Virus record (IMG/VR): IMGVR_UViG_3300017991_000072
Location: 35,865 to 99,864 of that record
DNA from: a virus
Direction: 5' to 3' (one strand)
Length of the DNA stretch: 64,000 bases
Part shown: in pieces, positions 8,352 to 16,850 of the stretch
How positions within the stretch are numbered: position 1 is the first letter of the stretch
How the letters are laid out: each line of letters begins with the position of its first letter
Program-made: the position numbers and the translations under genes
The notes under the pieces: generated by a model
Seen by the model: the letters and a program-made list of their open reading frames with translations, nothing else
Told to the model about the DNA's origin: nothing
The model's database searches: none

Positions 8352-8395
8352 CCCCACATGTGGTAGGCCCCGTCCACCACCCCTATATTTTGTGG
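8352..8395. promoter_or_regulatory. NrdR-box-like pair (29 bp apart)
   Basis: CCCCACATGTGGTAG at 8352 and CCCTATATTTTGTGG at 8381. Confidence 0.5.
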
Positions 8396-8407
8396 TGTCC
8401 GTGGGCG

Positions 8408-8457
8408 TCTTTTTCTTCACTTTTCTCTTGACAAAAGGGGAACGCCGGGCGTATAAT
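8408..8457 (+). promoter_or_regulatory. Promoter cassette 9
   Basis: TTGACA 8428-8433, 18 nt, TATAAT 8452-8457; GCTGAAC-N5-GTTCAGC hairpin just after the TSS. Confidence 0.85.
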
Positions 8458-8518
8458 AGACCTGTAAGCTGAACAAAGGGTTCAGCGAAACCCCAACCCC
8501 CAACCAAGGGAGGACAGA

Positions 8519-8716
8519 ATGTTGGTAGCGTGTTACAAGACCAAGAAGGCTTTGAAGGAAGCCGTGGGACAGGCTCTTCTATATGAAGAGACTTCCTTGT
8601 TCGGGGAGGAATACCGCCCGGACGGGACGTTCCCAGTGGTAGGCCCCGGGGCCTATGAGCGTAAATGGTACGCGGAAGTTACCATGAAGGGAGGGAAGAT
8701 CCACAAGGTCAAGTAG
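8519..8716 (+). CDS. Small phage hypothetical protein
   Basis: SD; YKTKKALKEAVGQ.L.Y.ETSLFG.EY...KWYAEVTM. Confidence 0.75.
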   Translation: MLVACYKTKKALKEAVGQALLYEETSLFGEEYRPDGTFPVVGPGAYERKWYAEVTMKGGKIHKVK

Positions 8717-8775
8717 GAACCTGAACCGGCCCGGGGCTCCGGCCCCGGGCCATTCTTCCAACCAAGGGAGGAACC

Positions 8776-9060
8776 ATGAACACACAAGAGACCCTAGAAT
8801 TCACTGGACACCAGATGGCCCGGGCCAATACGGTCCTGTCAAGCCTTGACGGAGCTGGCCCTATGTCCGTCTGTAAAGCCGCCGCCGTGGCCCAGAAGGC
8901 CAACCAAATAGCGGAAAGCCTACCAGCCCTTGACAAGCTGGCCGGACACCTTGAAAGCCATCCTGATGACCCCGTGGCCCTTCTGGCCGTTCAAGCCTAT
9001 ACCGTGGCCGTGGGCGTCCACCTTGACCTTCTGGAACTGACCCTTCAAATGACCCTATAG
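8776..9060 (+). CDS. Early hypothetical protein
   Basis: GGAGG SD. Confidence 0.65.
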   Translation: MNTQETLEFTGHQMARANTVLSSLDGAGPMSVCKAAAVAQKANQIAESLPALDKLAGHLESHPDDPVALLAVQAYTVAVGVHLDLLELTLQMTL

Positions 9061-9324
9061 CCTCCCCCCAGGGGGGAGGAATTCCCCCTTGGTTGGCCCC
9101 GGTCCCTTCTGGGACCGGGGCCTTTCTTTTGTCAACCCCAGACTTGACATAGTGGTGTGCAAATGTCATTTTCCGTCCCGGACGTTGACCGTTTCCCAGG
9201 GCTCCCAGAGCGGAGCGGAGCGGAGCGGGTCCCCGTAGGGGACCACGGCCCCCGTCCCATCCGGGACGGGGGCCGGGAACCGCATAGAGAGAAGAGACCG
9301 GAACCGGACCCGGCCGGACCCACC

Positions 9325-9396
9325 TGAAAAAAAATTCGCGGGAGGACGTTTTTTCTTCACTTTTCCCTTGACTTTCGTTCTGGGATGGTTTAGAAT
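9325..9396 (+). promoter_or_regulatory. Promoter cassette 10
   Basis: TTGACT 9368-9373, 17 nt, TAGAAT 9391-9396. Confidence 0.85.
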
Positions 9397-9405
9397 AGGG
9401 GTGTA

Positions 9406-10362
9406 ATGAGGAAACGAAACACACCCCAAACCCCGAAGGAGGCCAAGATGGCAACACAGAGCGGACAGGACAAGGTTTTCCAGATCTTCACAGACCAGAT
9501 CATGGACATGTTGGAAGAGGGGACGGTCCCCTGGCGTCAACCTTGGAAGGGCGGGAAGATCCCCATGTCCTTCCAGACCAAGCGGCCCTACCGTGGGATG
9601 AACGTCTGGTTCCTGAACAGCGTGGCCATTCATCGCGGCTACACATCCAACTGGTGGGTGTCCCTGAAGTCAGTGAAGAAGGCCAAGGGCTGGATCAAGG
9701 ACGATGAATTCAAGAAGTCAGTGACCGTGATCTTCTGTAGGCCCAAGCGGTACGAAGTGGAGACGGACGAAGTGGACGAACAGGGCCAGCCGGTCAAGGA
9801 AGAGCGGATGTCCTTCATCTACTTCTACCACACGGTATGGAACATGGACCAGGTGGAAGGGATGACGGCCCCTGACGCGGACCAGGACGCGGAGGAGCGG
9901 ACCCCCAACCAGATCCTTGAAGAGGCCCAGGCCATCATTGACGGCTACCAGAACGGCCCAGAGATCAGCCACGGCGGGACCAGGGCTTTCTATCGTCCCT
10001 CTGATGACTCCGTGACGGTCCCAGAGATGGAACTGTTCCAGGACAGCGAGAACTACTACCACGTGATGTATCATGAACTGGCACACTCCACGGGTCACGG
10101 TTCCCGCCTTGGGCGGAAGGGAGTCATGGACCTGACCATGTTTGGATCCCATGACTACTCCAAGGAGGAACTGGTGGCGGAGATGGGAGCGGGCTTCCTG
10201 GGAGCCCTGGTGGGACTGACCCCCAGGACCATTGACAACACGGCGGCCTACATCCAGTCCTGGCTGAAGGCCCTGAACGATGACAAGCGGCTCCTGGTCT
10301 ACGCGGCCAGCAAAGGCCAGGCGGCGGCGGAACACATCCTGGGCGTGACCTGGGAAGGATAA
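9406..10362 (+). CDS. ardC: ArdC-family antirestriction ssDNA-binding/zincin protein (SD-led ATG 9448)
   Basis: GTVPWRQPW, PYRGMN, AFYRPSDD, HELAHSTGH..RL.R, YSKEELVAE, AAYIQSWL motifs. Confidence 0.92.
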   Translation: MRKRNTPQTPKEAKMATQSGQDKVFQIFTDQIMDMLEEGTVPWRQPWKGGKIPMSFQTKRPYRGMNVWFLNSVAIHRGYTSNWWVSLKSVKKAKGWIKDDEFKKSVTVIFCRPKRYEVETDEVDEQGQPVKEERMSFIYFYHTVWNMDQVEGMTAPDADQDAEERTPNQILEEAQAIIDGYQNGPEISHGGTRAFYRPSDDSVTVPEMELFQDSENYYHVMYHELAHSTGHGSRLGRKGVMDLTMFGSHDYSKEELVAEMGAGFLGALVGLTPRTIDNTAAYIQSWLKALNDDKRLLVYAASKGQAAAEHILGVTWEG

Positions 10363-10437
10363 CAGGGAGGAAGCCTGGGAGTCCCACAGTGGGGCTCCCA
10401 GGCCCTTCAAACCCCAAACCAGAAGGAGGACAGAACG

Positions 10438-10911
10438 ATGGAACAGACAGACTACACAGCGGACAGAGAACTGGCGGTCAAGGCCCTGGAACAGATGGAC
10501 TACATCCACCTGGAACGCGGACAGGTGGCGGCCCTGGTGGACACCTACCGGGTCATCACCACCCATAACCCTGGCGCGGTCCCAGGCCATGAAGAGGAAC
10601 TAGGGACCCTGGCCGGGCTCCTGGTCATGAGCGTAGGAACTGGCGTCAAGCTGATCCCAGAGGACGGACCCCCCAACGTCCGGGTGGGAGTCCCCAGGCT
10701 CCTGGTGGAAGCCATCAAGGACATCAACATCCAGAGGGACAAACTGGCGGCCTACAAGGAGGAACACAAGGACGGAGGAGGACCAATAGACCCCAAGTCC
10801 ATGGAAGTCCTGGAGGCCCAACAGGCTACCCACAGGGCGGCCCTTTCCACGGCCCTGGTCAACGTCATCATCACGGACTTGGCTGGAATGGCGGACGCTG
10901 GAAGCTACTAG
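10438..10911 (+). CDS. Early hypothetical protein
   Basis: Shared leader plus SD. Confidence 0.7.
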   Translation: MEQTDYTADRELAVKALEQMDYIHLERGQVAALVDTYRVITTHNPGAVPGHEEELGTLAGLLVMSVGTGVKLIPEDGPPNVRVGVPRLLVEAIKDINIQRDKLAAYKEEHKDGGGPIDPKSMEVLEAQQATHRAALSTALVNVIITDLAGMADAGSY

Positions 10912-11052
10912 ACTGACCCTCCCCCACAGAGCCCCGGCCCGGTTCGTCCGGTCCGGGGCTCTTCTTTTATGCGGGCCGGGACTAGCGTCCCGGATATACG
11001 CCATTTCCCACGGTCCCCATCACGTGGTAGACTATGGATGAAAGGAGATCCC

Positions 11053-11355
11053 ATGACCTACACTCTATCCCAGGCGGGGACGGCCTACGCTGAAGCGGCG
11101 GCCACGTGGGCCAGGGCTATGGAAGCGGAGGAGGCGGTCAGACAAGAAGGCCCTGACCTGAAGGTTGACAAGTTCCTCCACGTGACGGCCTTGTCCACAG
11201 TGATCCGCCAGGCTATGAACGGCCTGTCCCAGGCTGTCATGATCTTCATCTGGCGAAACAACGAAGGGAACCACGCGGTCCTGGAAGCGGCCATGGCGGA
11301 GACTATCCGCGTGACGGCGGACGCCAACGCCCTTATGGACTCCTACGGATACTGA
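11053..11355 (+). CDS. Early hypothetical protein
   Basis: AAGGAG SD; upstream TAGACT -10 at 11028-11033. Confidence 0.65.
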   Translation: MTYTLSQAGTAYAEAAATWARAMEAEEAVRQEGPDLKVDKFLHVTALSTVIRQAMNGLSQAVMIFIWRNNEGNHAVLEAAMAETIRVTADANALMDSYGY

Positions 11356-11503
11356 ACCCCCTGGACCCCTGGGCCACCAATGACTGTTTATTAACCCTGA
11401 ACTGTCATTCTGTTGTTACCGGTTATCAGGCCCAGGGGTCTTTTCTTTCCCCCACGCGGGCGCGGGCGGGCGCGTGGGCGCGTATACGCGGGCGCGGGGC
11501 TCC

Positions 11504-11581
11504 TGAAAAAAGTTCTCCCAGGGCGTTTTTTTCTTCACTTTTCTCTTGACATCCGTGGACGGGTCCCCTATAATAAGGACC
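11504..11581 (+). promoter_or_regulatory. Promoter cassette 11
   Basis: TTGACA 11546-11551, 17 nt, TATAAT 11569-11574. Confidence 0.9.
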
Positions 11582-11965
11582 ATGGACACAGCGACAAACC
11601 CCAAACCCCAAACCACGGAGGACAACATGTCCACACTGAACGCCCTTGGAACCCTTCTCTACAGCCTCCCCGTTCCCACCCGTCACGCCTACACCATCAC
11701 CATCTGTGACCAATACCAGGACACAGAGCCTACCACCTGTGTGGTCAACGCGGAGACCCAGGGCGCGGCCCTGGCCAAGGCTGTGGAGGTCTACTCCACA
11801 GAATTCTACGGCCACGCGGTCACCCTGGACCCCCAGGTCCTTCATGACGCTGTCACCGTCATCTTCCATCCTGACGGCGGCGTGAACCCCGTGGGGTTCT
11901 TCGCCAGTGACCCCCAACCCATCCGCCTTCAGCGCCTTGGGGACCCTGTCCCCTTGTCCGCGTAA
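11582..11965 (+). CDS. Early hypothetical protein (SD-led ATG 11627)
   Basis: ORF plus SD. Confidence 0.7.
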   Translation: MDTATNPKPQTTEDNMSTLNALGTLLYSLPVPTRHAYTITICDQYQDTEPTTCVVNAETQGAALAKAVEVYSTEFYGHAVTLDPQVLHDAVTVIFHPDGGVNPVGFFASDPQPIRLQRLGDPVPLSA

Positions 11966-12031
11966 GCGGACCCCCTGGGGGGTGGGAATTCTCCCACCCC
12001 CCGGCTGGAACCCCAAACCCAGGAGGACATC

Positions 12032-12232
12032 ATGGACCAAGTCAAGAAGAGCCTGACCAAGAAAGCCCTGAAGGCCAAGCTGAACCAAGCCAGGGAAGAG
12101 CTGACCTACCTGGAGGACTTCCTGGCGGGACCCTGTTGTGTGTCCCACGCGGAGATTGACGCGGCCGGGGATGACACCTACAGGCTTCAGAAGGAGATCA
12201 GGGAGCTGAAGGAGGCCCTGGCGGCCCTGTGA
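12032..12232 (+). CDS. Small coiled-coil early protein
   Basis: Shared leader plus SD. Confidence 0.7.
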   Translation: MDQVKKSLTKKALKAKLNQAREELTYLEDFLAGPCCVSHAEIDAAGDDTYRLQKEIRELKEALAAL

Positions 12233-12253
12233 TCTTTTTTTCGTCAGGCGGCG

Positions 12254-12307
12254 TTTTTTCTTCACTTTTCTCTTGACAAAGCCTGAAGGATGGTTTACAC
12301 TTACACC
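12254..12307 (+). promoter_or_regulatory. Promoter cassette 12
   Basis: TTGACA 12273-12278, 17 nt, TACACT 12296-12301. Confidence 0.85.
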
Positions 12308-12955
12308 ATGGACACAGACCGCAAACCCCAGACCCAGGAGGACACGATGAACGAAGATCACATCACCCAAGAGGCCACGCGGCGGCTGGAAGCCCTTCAC
12401 CCCTACCTGACCAGGGAGATCAAGCTGGCTCCCCCGTCTCCCCCAGAGAAGACGGCTGAAGAGTACAGGGAAGAAGCGGCCCGTCACGCGGCGGAGCGCC
12501 TACGGTCCCAACAGGAGTCAGACACGGACGGGTTCCTGTCCCAGTGGGCCAGCGGCCTGAACAGTTCCCTGGCGTCCAGGCGGGCGGAGATCAAGGAGAA
12601 CGGCGGGAACTGGGAGTTCTGGGGACTCTACCGTAGGGCGGACGGGAAGCGGATCAGGGCCAAGATGATAGACGGGAAGTATGGCCTCTGTTGGGCCATC
12701 TGTGACGAACATTCCACCTTCACGGGTCAGTTCTTCTCCGTGGACGGGACGGGCTCCAAGAGGACCAAGCTGTGGAAGGCTGGCCTGGAAGAGCGGCGTG
12801 AAATGGCCCCGGCTTGGGCCAAGATGGACGGGAAGGGAACGGGCCTGTCAGGTCAGGCTTGGGTGTCCACCTACAGGATAGACGGCGGCTACCCCTTGGA
12901 CGCGGTCAACCTGGACTCCCCCGTGGAGGACCCTGACCCCACGCCGGACCCATAG
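12308..12955 (+). CDS. Early hypothetical protein (SD-led ATG 12347)
   Basis: ORF plus SD; SDTDGFLSQWA motif. Confidence 0.75.
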   Translation: MDTDRKPQTQEDTMNEDHITQEATRRLEALHPYLTREIKLAPPSPPEKTAEEYREEAARHAAERLRSQQESDTDGFLSQWASGLNSSLASRRAEIKENGGNWEFWGLYRRADGKRIRAKMIDGKYGLCWAICDEHSTFTGQFFSVDGTGSKRTKLWKAGLEERREMAPAWAKMDGKGTGLSGQAWVSTYRIDGGYPLDAVNLDSPVEDPDPTPDP

Positions 12956-13177
12956 CCTTCCCCCAAGAAGGCCAAGAGGACGGAAGCGGAACTACGGCGG
13001 GACCTTTCCGCCATCATGAGGGGTCACAGAGTATGTCAGGACTGTGGCCAGGTCAGGCCCACGGCTGAAGTCCACGTCCCTGGACGTGGGATGGCTAGGG
13101 TCTGTCAGGACTGCTATGACGTGGCTGTCTATGAACTGACGGCCTAACCCCAACCCCCAGGACAGGAGGAAGGAACG

Positions 13178-14479
13178 ATGGACAAGGAGAAGATCAAGGA
13201 GCTGTGTGACAAGGTGGAACACCTGACTGAATGGGCTGAAATAGGCGCGGCCTGGACAAGGGACCAGGCCACGTCAGAGTCCACGGAGAAGGACGCCAGG
13301 GTCAACCTGGAACTGGCCCACCAGGAGGAGAAGGAACTGTTGGACTTCCTGACGGGCCTGATCAAGGAGGAGGACACCAGGTCCCCGGAGATGGTGTCCC
13401 TGGATTGGATGTTTGACGCGGCGGAGGAACACCTTCTGGACGAAGACGGAGAAGTCACCTGTGAAGTGGAGGAACTACGGACCCACTACCAGGTAGTCCT
13501 GAACAACTTGAAGGAGCTGGCCCTTCTTCGTGAACGCTACCAGTCCTTGAAGATCAGGGCCTTCTCCGCCATGTATGGAACCTTCATTCCCGCCAGGGAG
13601 GACGGGCTGAACCACTACTTCCAGTCCATCACGGCGGAGCGGGAGGCCAAGGAAATGACGGAGGCCCTGGACGCCCTGGAACACCTGAACAAGGAGGCCA
13701 GGGAAGGGAACATAGCTGTCTACGATGGGGAAGAGAACTGTGAAGCCCTTCTTCAGGACATCAAGGACGCCTACAGGATCCTGTGGGACTTCATCACGGG
13801 CTCCAACACCAGGAACATTCAGAACCTTCCCAGGACGGTCACAGGACGGTTCACGGACTCCCCCAATTTCCAGGAGGTCCCCAAGACGGAGTCCACGGCG
13901 CGGCCCATCGTGAAGGCCCCTGGTCCCTCCCCCTACGCCCAGATCTTCCAGGTCATTGGGAACGTGGTTCCCCAGGAAGCGGCGGAAGCTGTGGACCTGG
14001 CCATCCGTCAGTATGACGGATCCTTCAGCGGGACTCCCCTGAAGGACCTAGTGATGAAGACCTGGGGAGCCCTGGACGGGGACGCCAGGATGGCCCATGA
14101 CAGGCTGTCAGGCCACATCCAGACCAGCGCGGACCCAGACATCAGGGAGGACAGGCTGAAGGACCTGGTGACCCTGGTGGGCTCCCTGAACGCTGAAGAG
14201 AAGGCCAGCTACTCCGTGGCTGTGGACATGTTCCTGAAGGCCAGGATCATCTCCACGTTTGAACGGGCCTTTGACATCAACCATACGGAAGCGGCGGAGA
14301 TCTTTGACAGGGTCCAGGACGGGGAGCCCTTGGAGGCCATCCTGGTGGACATCCTGACCGTGGCGGAACGCCATGACCCCAACCAGTTCAGGGCGGGGAT
14401 CTTGGCCATCCTGAAGAAGGGACATGGGATCTCCAACGCCCAGAACAAGATTGGGGGTGATCCCAGTGATAAAGAGTGA
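13178..14479 (+). CDS. Large helical hypothetical protein
   Basis: 433-aa ORF, SD. Confidence 0.75.
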   Translation: MDKEKIKELCDKVEHLTEWAEIGAAWTRDQATSESTEKDARVNLELAHQEEKELLDFLTGLIKEEDTRSPEMVSLDWMFDAAEEHLLDEDGEVTCEVEELRTHYQVVLNNLKELALLRERYQSLKIRAFSAMYGTFIPAREDGLNHYFQSITAEREAKEMTEALDALEHLNKEAREGNIAVYDGEENCEALLQDIKDAYRILWDFITGSNTRNIQNLPRTVTGRFTDSPNFQEVPKTESTARPIVKAPGPSPYAQIFQVIGNVVPQEAAEAVDLAIRQYDGSFSGTPLKDLVMKTWGALDGDARMAHDRLSGHIQTSADPDIREDRLKDLVTLVGSLNAEEKASYSVAVDMFLKARIISTFERAFDINHTEAAEIFDRVQDGEPLEAILVDILTVAERHDPNQFRAGILAILKKGHGISNAQNKIGGDPSDKE

Positions 14480-15398
14480 CATCCTGGACATGGTGGACAA
14501 GATGGTCCAGGCGGGCCAGCTACACACGGAAGTCCTGGAGGCCCTGGGACACCTGGCGGACGAACACACGGACCACATCCTGAAGGAGAAGCTGGACCAC
14601 CAGGCGGCGGAACACGCCCGGCGCTGTGACCAGTTTGTTGACCAGATCGTTCAGACAGATCAGCGGTTCATGGACTTCCTGAAGATGGCCTACGCCATGG
14701 ACGCGGACACGGCCAAGGAGACCCTGAAGCTGATCAAGCGGGGACTGTTCCCAAGCCAGATCCTACGGGACGCCCTGTCTGAAGGAGAACGCCAGAAGGC
14801 GGCCCTGGAACACGCGGGCCTGGGGGACGCCATGAAGGCGGCCGGGGATGTCTTCAGGGAGCTGGAAAGTGAGAAGCCCAAGCTGAAGGTCACCCTTCCT
14901 GACGGGTCCACGCGGGAGTCCGTCCCAGACAAACCCTGGGACCCTGACGGCTCCAGGCCAAACCACCAGCCCAAGTCTCCGTTCCCTCTGGTGGTGGATG
15001 TCAAGGTGGACCCAGAGAACGAAGAACACAGGGACTATGTGATGGGCCTGATCTGTGAACATCTCCCTGACGGCCAGCTACAGGTCAGATGTGACCTGGA
15101 CCCGGACACGGAGGACCTGGCCTTCATCTGGAGGATTGAATGGTCCTTCCAGGAGAAGCGGACGGACGGGGAGATCCCTGTGACCCGTGGCGTGGCCCTG
15201 GAAATAGGCCACAAGGAAGGGACCCTGGTCAAGGATCTCCCTGGGGTAGCCATGGGACTGGCCAGGACCCTGAAGGCCAAGAGGAAGCGGGCCTATGGAG
15301 ACATAGAAGCCCCCTGTCTGGAATGTGAAGGAGCCTACGCGGACGGAAACCCATGTCAAGACTGTGACGAAGGAGAAGGAAATGGCCATCAAGGATAG
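14466..15398 (+). CDS. Hypothetical protein with C-terminal CxxC...CxxC
   Basis: ORF; start uncertain (GTG 14466 or ATG 14490). Confidence 0.7.
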   Translation: MIKSDILDMVDKMVQAGQLHTEVLEALGHLADEHTDHILKEKLDHQAAEHARRCDQFVDQIVQTDQRFMDFLKMAYAMDADTAKETLKLIKRGLFPSQILRDALSEGERQKAALEHAGLGDAMKAAGDVFRELESEKPKLKVTLPDGSTRESVPDKPWDPDGSRPNHQPKSPFPLVVDVKVDPENEEHRDYVMGLICEHLPDGQLQVRCDLDPDTEDLAFIWRIEWSFQEKRTDGEIPVTRGVALEIGHKEGTLVKDLPGVAMGLARTLKAKRKRAYGDIEAPCLECEGAYADGNPCQDCDEGEGNGHQG

Positions 15399-15606
15399 AG
15401 GAGAACTGGAAGAGCGCGGGATTGAAATTGATCTGTCAGGTCCCCAGGGGAACGGGTTTGTCCTGATTGGGTACGCCAGGAAATGGGCCAAACAGTTGGG
15501 GAAGGACGCGGACGCCATCACCAAGGACATGGAGTCAGGAGACTATGACCACCTGGTTGAAGTCCTGGAACGGGAGTTTGGGGACTACGTCACCATCTAC
15601 AGGTAG
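15382..15606 (+). CDS. Small phage hypothetical protein
   Basis: IEIDLSGPQGNGFVLIG...MESGDYDHLVEV...FGDYV. Confidence 0.75.
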   Translation: MAIKDRGELEERGIEIDLSGPQGNGFVLIGYARKWAKQLGKDADAITKDMESGDYDHLVEVLEREFGDYVTIYR

Positions 15607-15615
15607 GAGCCCAAG

Positions 15616-15825
15616 ATGAAACACATCAGACTGGGAAGACCCCAGGTCTTCAACGTCCAGACAGGTGACGAAAGATGCTACTTCTGTGACAAGCCACCCA
15701 CGGGGGCCTGTAGGAGCTGTGGAGCCCACGTCTGTGACGATCATGACGAACACCAGGGACAGGACGGGAAGCCCTGTCCCACGGGGAGCGTCCACGGAGC
15801 CCCGAAGGAGGACGCTGATGGCTAA
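15616..15825 (+). CDS. Small Zn-finger protein
   Basis: CYFC...CRSC...VCDDH. Confidence 0.65.
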   Translation: MKHIRLGRPQVFNVQTGDERCYFCDKPPTGACRSCGAHVCDDHDEHQGQDGKPCPTGSVHGAPKEDADG

Positions 15826-16246
15826 GTTCACACGGCCACGGATCCATTGGGAGAAGTCAGGGGTGGAAGTGTGCTACTTTTGCCTGACTGAACTACCTGA
15901 ACACGTCTGTCCACGATGTAGAGCCCACGTGTGTGACCTACACTGGAAGAAGCGGCCCAAGATGTGTTCCCAGTGTCACCTTGGACACTACCCTGACCAA
16001 TACACCAAGGAAAGGCTTCTGAAGAACCTGGACACCCTGGTGGCGGTCACGGCCAAGACGTGGGCGGAACAGACCCCCAACTGGCAAACCATACAGAGGA
16101 AGGAACGGATCACGGATGTCAGGCTGATGGGGGAGGCCATCCGCCACTACATCCTGTCAAGTGAAAAATGTTCCCAGGAAGAGGCCCAGAAGCCCCCAGA
16201 AGAAGAGCGGAGCGGGGGAAGGATACTACGGAGCCCGAAGAACTGA
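15818..16246 (+). CDS. Zn-finger protein
   Basis: CYFC...CPRC..HVCDLH...CSQC; GGAGG SD. Confidence 0.7.
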   Translation: MAKFTRPRIHWEKSGVEVCYFCLTELPEHVCPRCRAHVCDLHWKKRPKMCSQCHLGHYPDQYTKERLLKNLDTLVAVTAKTWAEQTPNWQTIQRKERITDVRLMGEAIRHYILSSEKCSQEEAQKPPEEERSGGRILRSPKN

Positions 16247-16261
16247 AGAGTCTACATGAAG

Positions 16262-16324
16262 CCCACAGGTCCTCCTGTGGGGTTTGGGGTGGGGAGCCCG
16301 GAGGGGTCCGGGCTCCCCTTTTCT
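16262..16324 (+). terminator. Anti-leader element plus terminator (copy C, 3'UTR)
   Basis: GTCCTCCTGTGGGGTTTGGGGT 16269-16290; 12-bp stem with GGGG loop 16291-16318; T tract. Confidence 0.75.
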
Positions 16325-16439
16325 ATGGGGGCGGGGGTCTTGACGCTGGTGGCGTGAAGTGGATAGGCTGTCAACATTGGCGGGAAGACTGGGCCTGGCG
16401 GGGACATACTACCTGTGGGGGGTAGTGAAGGAGGACAGG

Positions 16440-16850
16440 ATGAAGAAGATCCTGACTCTGGCCCTGTTGGCTGTCTTGGTGTGGAGCCTTGGCGGCTGTT
16501 CAACCATTGGCCAGGCTATGGTCCAGAAGAGCATGAACGGCGCGGAGATAGCCAAAGCCTACTATGACCAAGGGAAGGACGGGAGGACCTACAACCCCGT
16601 CATCCTGGAGGCGGCGGAAGGGGAAACCATGTCCATCACCATCAACGGGTTGGCCAAGGTGGCCCTGACTACGCCACATGAACCCCTTAGCGTATACCCA
16701 AGGGATCCTTCCACCCTGGGCCAACTGTTGGACGGTCTGTGGAAGATAGGGACCGTCATTGGGTCCACCATCGTAGGGGAGAAGATGGTGGAAGGTCTGT
16801 CACGCGGGCCTACCATCGTGGAGCCCAAGGTGGTCACCGTCCCCAGATAG
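16440..16850 (+). CDS. Lipoprotein
   Basis: MKKILTLALLAVLVWSLGGC lipobox; AAGGAGG SD. Confidence 0.75.
   Translation: MKKILTLALLAVLVWSLGGCSTIGQAMVQKSMNGAEIAKAYYDQGKDGRTYNPVILEAAEGETMSITINGLAKVALTTPHEPLSVYPRDPSTLGQLLDGLWKIGTVIGSTIVGEKMVEGLSRGPTIVEPKVVTVPR

Noticed and set aside
1301-12307. CRISPR array or integron attC cassettes
   Set aside because: The repeats are ~80-bp promoter/terminator units separated by whole genes; no constant spacers, attC boxes or integrase.
9718-12487. Long opposite-strand ORFs (e.g. 9718-10590, 11426-12487, and many plus-strand ORFs beyond 17 kb)
   Set aside because: Shadow frames of real genes in GC-rich DNA; no SD or recognisable motifs.
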